From: Flavobacteriaceae bacterium
GTDB lineage: Bacteria; Bacteroidota; Bacteroidia; Flavobacteriales; Flavobacteriaceae
NCBI GenBank assembly: GCA_015489265.1
Contig: WFZY01000029.1
Location: 1 to 26,767, forward strand
Length of the DNA: 26,767 bases
Direction of reading: 5' to 3'
Part shown: positions 20,218 to 26,767 of the stretch, piece by piece
Layout: each line of letters begins with the position of its first letter
Position numbering within the stretch: the stretch's first letter is position 1
Program-made: the position numbers and the translations under genes
Notes under the pieces: generated by a model
The model's input: only the letters and a program-made list of their open reading frames with translations
Told to the model about the DNA's origin: nothing
Databases searched by the model: none

Positions 20218-21557
20218 CAATCCGATAGTTTTTGAGCGGTTTTGTATGCTTGTGCTACCCTGTCGGCAATACCGATACCGTCTTTGATGTTGCCCCGCAG
20301 TAATAGTCCCTGATACCTGTTTTCGATTGCAGCAATGCTGTCTAAACGTTGCTTGGTATCTACACCATATTGCGCTATGGCTTTCGGATGTCGGCTGATT
20401 TCAATCAAATCCGGATGAAAAACATCCAATTGCATCACATTTTTGAAATCCGGGGCTATTGTTTGGATAAGTGCTTCATCATCAAGCTGCAACATTTCCG
20501 GTTTTTTAATACCGCCCGCAAAGACCGAAAAAAAGGCACCACCTTCGGGCGCTCGGTTGGAAAATTGCGATGACATAAACAAAATACCCAAAATATTTTT
20601 TCGTTCTTTAGTAGGAATTAAACCGCCAAAAGCATCTAACTTTATGCCTTTCCATTGTTTGAAACCCAATGATATTTCAACCACGGGTGCATATAATAAA
20701 TTTTGAACCGGCAGACATAAATCCGGTGCCGCAAAGGGTAATATTTTTACTGTTTCTGCTGCATTTACAGTAGTAACCACGTGTGTAAATTTTTGCCCGT
20801 TTACACGAAAACGATGGGACGATTCATAAATAATTTCAATATCCAGTTGATTCAATAAAATATTTTCACGCCCCACTTTTTGCACTAGCGCATCGGTTAA
20901 AGCTTGCAAACCGTTGGCAAATGAAAAAATCCGCTTGTTTACCTTTTTTTTGTATGCGTCGCCGCGTTCTTTGGCGATTTTTATACTTCCTTTGATAAAA
21001 CCGCCATATTTATCTTCCAAATTATAAAGTTTCGGAAAAGCATATTTGGTTACCAAATAATGCGGATCGCCGGCATAAACCCCCGACACAAACGGATCAA
21101 TGGCATAGTCCAAAAAACTTTTACCCAAACGTCTTACAACTGTATCGGCTAAGCGTTCGGTTTCGGTATTCCCTTTTTTTCTAAAATATTCGCCGGCTAC
21201 TTTTAACTTGTCTTTCCAAGTAAACAAGGGCGTCGCAATTGCCGATTTAAATCCCGAAGGTAATGGTTGCCACTTGCCGTTTTTCCAAATCAAGCGTTTT
21301 TTGGCGACTTCATCGGCATATTGCACAGTGGCAATATCCGAAATCTCTTCCAGCAAATCGGCTATTTCCAAATTGGCAACTACACCGGTATTGGGTCCTT
21401 TTTCCAAGATAAAATCACCTGTTTTTTTGGATTGTATAACCCCGCCCGAACGATGATTTTTTTCAAAAATCACAAAGGGAATTCCTGCTTTTTTAAGCCG
21501 GAACGCCAAAGTTAAACCGGTAAGTCCCGCACCGATGATTGCCACATTGTTTTTCAT
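20217..21557 (-). CDS. hemY: HemY-type FAD-dependent protoporphyrinogen oxidase (PgoX; often annotated hemG)
   Basis: Dinucleotide fold IIGAGLTGL..EK...GG, EKGPN, DPFVSGVYAGDP and GIGIADRV; 446 aa, too long for flavodoxin-type HemG. Confidence 0.92.
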   Translation of the reverse strand: MKNNVAIIGAGLTGLTLAFRLKKAGIPFVIFEKNHRSGGVIQSKKTGDFILEKGPNTGVVANLEIADLLEEISDIATVQYADEVAKKRLIWKNGKWQPLPSGFKSAIATPLFTWKDKLKVAGEYFRKKGNTETERLADTVVRRLGKSFLDYAIDPFVSGVYAGDPHYLVTKYAFPKLYNLEDKYGGFIKGSIKIAKERGDAYKKKVNKRIFSFANGLQALTDALVQKVGRENILLNQLDIEIIYESSHRFRVNGQKFTHVVTTVNAAETVKILPFAAPDLCLPVQNLLYAPVVEISLGFKQWKGIKLDAFGGLIPTKERKNILGILFMSSQFSNRAPEGGAFFSVFAGGIKKPEMLQLDDEALIQTIAPDFKNVMQLDVFHPDLIEISRHPKAIAQYGVDTKQRLDSIAAIENRYQGLLLRGNIKDGIGIADRVAQAYKTAQKLSD

Positions 21558-21560
21558 TTT

Positions 21561-22940
21561 TTAAAGTGCTTTTGAAAAATTCTTTTTATTAGTTTTCATA
21601 TTCGGGTCAAATGCCGCTGCAATAATTCGCATAAAAAATTGTCCTTTGGGCGTCAATTTCAATTGATGATTCGAAAAATGTAAAAATCCTTCGGCTTCAT
21701 ATTGTCGTAAGCTAACTAAATCCACTTGTGTAATCTCATAAATTTCTTTTAAACTTTTGCCATATTCCAATGCGATATCCGGCAACGATACTGCCATATT
21801 ACACATAATATCCTCGATGATTTTTCTGATAATTTTTTCTTCGGGTGATACCAAATAATATTTTTCAACAGCAAACTCGCCACGGTTTATGGCTTCTTCA
21901 TATTTTTTCAAGTCCTTGGTATTTTGCAGATAAGCATTTTCCATTTGACTAATACCGCTAACCCCCAAAGCATAAACTTGCCCGGTGGTTTCCAAGGTGC
22001 AATAACCTTGAAAGTTGCGATGTAATTTCTTGTTTTTCAAAGCAATACTTAAATCGTCATCGGGCTTGGCAAAATGGTCTAAACCAATGATTTCATAATT
22101 ATTTTCGGACAACAACCGGTAGGCGGTTTCAAACAATTCGATTTTTTCTTTGGCAGTAGGCAAACCGTATTTTTCCAAAGATTTTTGTTGCTTTTTAATC
22201 CAAGGCACGTGCGCATAAGAAAAAACAGCCATCCGGTCGGGATTTAAAGCAAGCGCATTTTGCATAGTTTCTTTGTAAGAATCCAAAGTTTGATAGGGCA
22301 AACCATATATAAAATCAAGATTTAAAGACAGATTTTCAAACGATTGGATGTATGAGACCATTTCTTCTATGGGCATCAAAGGTTTTTCGCGATGTACGGT
22401 TTCCAAAACCTTGTCGGAAAAATCTTGAACGCCGAAACTCAACCGGTTAAAACCCATTTCCACCAATTTATCCACATAAATTTTGGTAAGGTGTGCCGGA
22501 TGACATTCCATAGCCACTTCGGGCGCAGTAATAAAATCAAAATGTTTGTGCAAACGCTTCATAACACGTTCAACATCCTCAACAGGCAAATAATTAGGCG
22601 TTCCCCCACCCCAATGCACCTGTGACACCTTACGGTTTTTATCTAAAAGCGCTGCCAACAAGTCAATTTCTTTTAACAAGGTATCAACATAGCGACGCAT
22701 CGTTTCCTTGTTTTGGGTGATATGCGTGTTGCAACCGCAATACAAACAAAGCTGTCCGCAAAAGGGAATATGTATGTACAACGAAATATTTTGGGGCTGA
22801 TGCTTATTTGATTCGACAATAATTTGCTTTATATCCGGGGTGTTTTTTCCGGTTTCTTTAAAATAATTTGCCGGTGGATAACTGGTATAACGCGGGGTCG
22901 GAATATTATATTTTTCAAAAAGTTCAACTTGAAATTTCAT
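21561..22940 (-). CDS. hemN: Oxygen-independent coproporphyrinogen III dehydrogenase (radical SAM)
   Basis: PRYTSYP, YIHIPFCGQLCLYCGC (CX3CX2C), HWGGGTP, GLDHF and RNFQGY; no HemW HNxxYW motif. The start is set at MKFQVE (22940) rather than 22976. Confidence 0.93.
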   Translation of the reverse strand: MKFQVELFEKYNIPTPRYTSYPPANYFKETGKNTPDIKQIIVESNKHQPQNISLYIHIPFCGQLCLYCGCNTHITQNKETMRRYVDTLLKEIDLLAALLDKNRKVSQVHWGGGTPNYLPVEDVERVMKRLHKHFDFITAPEVAMECHPAHLTKIYVDKLVEMGFNRLSFGVQDFSDKVLETVHREKPLMPIEEMVSYIQSFENLSLNLDFIYGLPYQTLDSYKETMQNALALNPDRMAVFSYAHVPWIKKQQKSLEKYGLPTAKEKIELFETAYRLLSENNYEIIGLDHFAKPDDDLSIALKNKKLHRNFQGYCTLETTGQVYALGVSGISQMENAYLQNTKDLKKYEEAINRGEFAVEKYYLVSPEEKIIRKIIEDIMCNMAVSLPDIALEYGKSLKEIYEITQVDLVSLRQYEAEGFLHFSNHQLKLTPKGQFFMRIIAAAFDPNMKTNKKNFSKAL

Positions 22941-24141
22941 ATTGTAAAGTTTTTTTATAAAATAAAGGAATGACAATCAGCAAGATAACACTCATAACCA
23001 AACCGGCAAGATATAAACCGGTATAACCCAACATATGAGATAATTTGCCACTTAATACCGCCACAAAAAGACTGCCGATATGCGCCAAGACAATTTGGAT
23101 AGTAAAATCGGTGCCTTCGCGTCCGGCTCTAATTCGGTTCATCAAAAAAGCATAAACAAAAACCGTGGTCATACTATAAATACCCCAAATACCGATAATA
23201 CCAATCTGCAACATCAGGTAAGACGGACTTTGACGACTGAGTAGATAAAAATACAAATTAACGGCAAGAAAAAGGTATAAAAGCCATTTCAATAAAAACT
23301 TTTGACCTTTGATTTTAATCAATTTGCCGGCTAAATAGGCAAAAACGACACCCGAAGCCGGACCAATCAAACCCGAATAAATCCCTATTTGTTTGATATT
23401 ATAACCCAAATCAACCATCCAAGGTTTGAGCATAGTCAATATACCGATAATTGCCGAATATATCAAAAGTAATAAGCCGACGCGATATTTAATATGTGGC
23501 TGATTAAAAAAACTGAATATATCGCCGAAACTTACTTTCGGGATATTTTGATGCGACGGAAATATTTTTTTAGGTCGATACAATCCTAGCGGGACAAGCG
23601 CCAATACAACAAAAATTGCAAGTGCGACAATCAATATTTTCCAACCGAAATAATGGTAAATAATCAACAGTAATCCGCTGCCGACCAGAGTTCCCAAAAA
23701 TTGACCGATGGTTTGTGTGCTGCCGCCCGGTCCTCTTTCGTTTTTATTTAAAATCAAATAAGAAAAGGCATCCGTGGCAATATCTTGCGTAGCCGATGCC
23801 GTAAATGCCAATAACAAAAGTACGACGATGAGCTTAAAATCGGTTTGTAAATCAAAAAAAGCAATGCTCAAAATAACCAGTGCATAAAACAATTCAGACC
23901 CGAAAATCCATTTTTTGTATGACGAAATGTTCCCTTGTGATGTGTCCACCAAAGGCGCCCAAGCAAATTTTAACAACCACGGCAGTTTGACCAACTGAAT
24001 CAATCCGATAGATGTCAAAGAAAAATGATGCTCACGCATAATCACCGGCAATACCGTTGAGAAAAAACTCATAGGTATGGATTGTGCCAAATACAAATTT
24101 AGCATCACGCCGTATTTGATATGTTCTTTGGTTTGATTCAT
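22924..24141 (-). CDS. MFS permease, RhtX/FptX/YbtX (AmpG-like) family
   Basis: LYLAQSIP..F..VLPVIMR, LPWLLKFAWAPLVD, SATQDIATDA and GREGTDFT; about 12 hydrophobic segments. The start is set at MNQTKE; the gene overlaps hemN by 17 nt. Confidence 0.82.
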   Translation of the reverse strand: MNQTKEHIKYGVMLNLYLAQSIPMSFFSTVLPVIMREHHFSLTSIGLIQLVKLPWLLKFAWAPLVDTSQGNISSYKKWIFGSELFYALVILSIAFFDLQTDFKLIVVLLLLAFTASATQDIATDAFSYLILNKNERGPGGSTQTIGQFLGTLVGSGLLLIIYHYFGWKILIVALAIFVVLALVPLGLYRPKKIFPSHQNIPKVSFGDIFSFFNQPHIKYRVGLLLLIYSAIIGILTMLKPWMVDLGYNIKQIGIYSGLIGPASGVVFAYLAGKLIKIKGQKFLLKWLLYLFLAVNLYFYLLSRQSPSYLMLQIGIIGIWGIYSMTTVFVYAFLMNRIRAGREGTDFTIQIVLAHIGSLFVAVLSGKLSHMLGYTGLYLAGLVMSVILLIVIPLFYKKTLQYEISS

Positions 24142-24207
24142 TTTGAATTGTGTTATTTCTCGGCTATTTAGTTTTAATAAAAACATTGTTTTCTAACAAC
24201 GTTTTTA

Positions 24208-24238
24208 GACCTGGCAGGTTTTGGAAACCTGCTAGGTC
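24208..24238. repeat. REP-like palindrome
   Basis: GACCTGGCAGGTTT-TGG-AAACCTGCTAGGTC forms a 14-bp stem with one G-T pair. It resembles a recurring Bacteroidota ACCTG.CAGGTTT..AAACCTG..AGGT palindrome (from memory). Confidence 0.75.
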
Positions 24239-24304
24239 AAGCAATCTAAATAGTCTGCTTTACATCTTTTAATAATTTTATAGTTTTCAAACCTACCGGA
24301 TTGG

Positions 24305-26371
24305 TTAGAACAAATTAACTTTTGCATAGATTCCAAAACTAACGGGTCTGGACAATTCGGCGTATGCATTATGTAATGTCGAAATGCTAAAATAGTATTG
24401 AATATATTTTTCGTTGGTCAGGTTTTGTGCCCACAATCCGATACTGGCATTTTTCATTTTCAAACTAATGTTGGCATTCAAGATGCGATAAGGTTTCTGA
24501 TAAGTATCATTGCCAACCGTCCAATAATAACGCCCGTAACGATTACAGTTTAAATGGAAAAGCACATATTTGAATGTATCACTTTTTAGGCGCCATTTGT
24601 AATTGGCATTAACACCCAAAGTATATTCGGGAACAAAAGGCAGTTTATTACTACTGTAATCCGTAGAGTCATTGTATTTATAGGTAATAAAATGCGCATC
24701 GGTGTAACCGTAATTGATACCCAAATTAAAATCGCGCGTAAACCGGTAAGCCGTTTCGATTTCCACCCCTTTGCTTACCGATTTTCCGGCATTTTTTATC
24801 ATAAATCCCCTTCCGCTCGGCACCGATTGCAATACCTGTTGATTTTTCCAATCAATATAAAACACACTTGTATTGAATATCAACTTATTGTTTAAACCGT
24901 TGAATTTGATTCCGGTTTCGTAATTAATGCTATATTCCGGCGCATAGGTTTCGTCTTCATCCCGTTCTATGGTCGAATTAAAACCACCGGCTTTGTAGCC
25001 TTTGGTAACACCGGCATAAGCCGTCCAATGTGCATTGGGCAAATAGCTAATGCTAAATTTAGGAAGGAACTGATTAAAATTTAATTGATGAACAAAATCG
25101 TCCTTATGTATTTTATGACCACTTACCAACAAATCATAATTATAATTCAACGACGACCCTTCCAAATCATATCGCAATCCGGTGGTGAACAAAAATTTGT
25201 TCCACTCATAAGAAATTTGTCCGTAAGCGGCATAAGCATTGATTTTTTGGTCATAATCCTTTAAAATGGTCATTTTACCATGGCTTGTAGTTATATCAAA
25301 ATCAACGTCCTTCAATAAATGCCGTTGCAAAGCAAATAAACCGCCAATCCATTGAAAAGGTTTTTCACCTTTGGATTTGGCATATAATTCCTGAACAAAC
25401 GCCTGATTGTTTCTTGCCATATTGACCACATAAATATCATTTGGTGTAAAGTCTTGATCTACCAAAAAAGTATCTTTCAACTTTTGGTAACTCGCAGAAA
25501 AATTCAATTCATAACCGGAATGTTTGTATTTTAAATGCAATCCTGTCGAACCGAAATCACGGTCGTATTTACTCGGTTGGTTATAATTAATATCGCTAAC
25601 CTTTTGATTTTGAATATCATAAATACCATAAGCAAAACCAAATTGGTTATTCCGTTCGTAGTTGCCTAATAATTTAAGTGTCCAATTATCGCTTAAATTA
25701 GCTTTGTATTTCAATCTTCCGCCATAAGTTTTTTCGGCATCCACTTTTTTATTGTCAAATTGATTGACATAATAGCCGTCATCATTTTTGTAATAACCGT
25801 CAAGTAAAAAAGCCGAATTTTCCGTTACCGGTTGGTTATAGCCGAAACTTCCTTTAAATTGATTGAACTTGCCATAATCAAGCTTAATGTCCGCTTTTCT
25901 TTTTTGAACGGGATCGGGTGTATAAATTTTTATCAAACCACCCATCGTATTGCGTCCGTATAAAGTGCCTTGCGGACCACGCAAAACCTCAATTTGTTTA
26001 ATATCGGCAAATTCAAAATTAATAGCGCCTCTATCAAAATACGGAATATCATCCACATAAATCCCCACCGAAGGTTCATCCTTACTAACCCCGATTCCTC
26101 TTATAAATATATCCGTATTCAAGCGGGCACCGTGCTTCGGAATAAACAGGTTAGGTACCAAACCGTTGAGATCGGTTACATCCTCTACTTTTTGAATGTC
26201 GATTTTTTGTGCTTTAAGCGCCGTTACCGAAACAGGAATCTGTTGTATCTTTTGATTCTGCTTGGTTAAATCAATTCTTACCTCGTTAAGATTGATGGTG
26301 TCTTTTTGTTTTTGTTGGGCAAATGCACCAAAAGCCATCATCAAAAATACTATTAAAAAAGTTGGTTTCAT
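24305..26371 (-). CDS. TonB-dependent receptor, FyuA/pesticin-receptor-like
   Basis: Signal peptide ending AFA, TonB-box-like DTINLNEV, plug IFIRGIG...IEVLRGPQGTLYGRNTMGG, GYKAGGFN, and a C-terminal Phe; 688 aa. Confidence 0.9.
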   Translation of the reverse strand: MKPTFLIVFLMMAFGAFAQQKQKDTINLNEVRIDLTKQNQKIQQIPVSVTALKAQKIDIQKVEDVTDLNGLVPNLFIPKHGARLNTDIFIRGIGVSKDEPSVGIYVDDIPYFDRGAINFEFADIKQIEVLRGPQGTLYGRNTMGGLIKIYTPDPVQKRKADIKLDYGKFNQFKGSFGYNQPVTENSAFLLDGYYKNDDGYYVNQFDNKKVDAEKTYGGRLKYKANLSDNWTLKLLGNYERNNQFGFAYGIYDIQNQKVSDINYNQPSKYDRDFGSTGLHLKYKHSGYELNFSASYQKLKDTFLVDQDFTPNDIYVVNMARNNQAFVQELYAKSKGEKPFQWIGGLFALQRHLLKDVDFDITTSHGKMTILKDYDQKINAYAAYGQISYEWNKFLFTTGLRYDLEGSSLNYNYDLLVSGHKIHKDDFVHQLNFNQFLPKFSISYLPNAHWTAYAGVTKGYKAGGFNSTIERDEDETYAPEYSINYETGIKFNGLNNKLIFNTSVFYIDWKNQQVLQSVPSGRGFMIKNAGKSVSKGVEIETAYRFTRDFNLGINYGYTDAHFITYKYNDSTDYSSNKLPFVPEYTLGVNANYKWRLKSDTFKYVLFHLNCNRYGRYYWTVGNDTYQKPYRILNANISLKMKNASIGLWAQNLTNEKYIQYYFSISTLHNAYAELSRPVSFGIYAKVNLF

Positions 26372-26390
26372 CGTTATTATTTTTTTAGGA

Positions 26391-26398
26391 CAAAAGTA
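26391..26398 (-). promoter_or_regulatory. -7 element for the receptor gene
   Basis: TACTTTTG, 19 nt upstream of the ATG. The nearest TTTG is only 14 nt away, so there is no canonical -33. Confidence 0.6.
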
Positions 26399-26415
26399 TC
26401 TATCCGGTAAATCAA

Positions 26416-26487
26416 AAAATAACGATAGCTGATAACAAATGTCGAGTAATCAAAGTAAAAATATCGAAAACTTAAACTAAAATATCG
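26416..26487. promoter_or_regulatory. Four phased direct repeats, candidate regulator sites
   Basis: AAAATAACG (26416), CAAATGTCG (26436), AAAATATCG (26458) and AAAATATCG (26479); spacings 20, 22 and 21 bp. Confidence 0.55.
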
Positions 26488-26767
26488 CTTTAAACCAATA
26501 AAGGAACCTTTATTACAATTAGCAAACCATCACATCGTAAAGACTTGAACGGGAAAATGTTATTTACATTTATCAAAACAAAAAAATTAAACATTAATTC
26601 ACTTAACCCTTACATCCGCAACAAGGTACAAAAATTTAAAAAATAGACTTTTCCAATATTTATTGTGTAAAATCTAGCGTAAAAATAGTCGGTAGATTCA
26701 ACTTAAAACTCATTAGGAACAGTTTTCAACACTGCAAGTATGATTATGTCATTAGGCGGTTTAAGAG

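Noticed and set aside
24288-24295. TAGGTTTG as an internal promoter for the permease-hem genes
   Set aside because: No properly spaced -33, and it coincides with the REP-like half copy. It cannot be fully excluded without start-site data.
24305-26371. Calling the receptor a classical heme receptor because of the hem genes
   Set aside because: No FRAP/NPNL motifs were found, and the plug and barrel motifs look FyuA-like.

Overview
AT-rich chromosomal DNA from a Bacteroidota bacterium, most likely Flavobacteriales (inferred from protein sequences, TAnnTTTG promoters and SD-less A-rich leaders). Bases 1-16.1 kb are conserved housekeeping genes on the minus strand: tRNA-Thr/Tyr/Gly/Thr, tuf, tRNA-Trp, secE, nusG, rplK-A-J-L, rpoB, rpoC and DUF3467, followed by pheT. 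pheT runs off the left edge and is missing from the ORF track. The right part holds a PlsC-family acyltransferase, a repeat-rich spacer, trmB, a divergent glycosyltransferase, and a tight minus-strand cluster: TonB-dependent receptor, RhtX/FptX/YbtX-like MFS permease, hemN, hemY-type oxidase and hemH. Four observations stand out. (1) A siderophore-type uptake pair is joined to exactly the last three heme-synthesis steps. (2) The ferrochelatase looks Campylobacterota-like. (3) There are two covarying copies of a K-turn-like palindromic element, one of them in-frame inside a coding sequence. (4) CCGG is strongly in excess and CCAG/CTGG scarce, which suggests biased mismatch repair. No CRISPR array, rRNA, transposase or integrase was seen. 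All family assignments come from motifs and memory, not from database searches.
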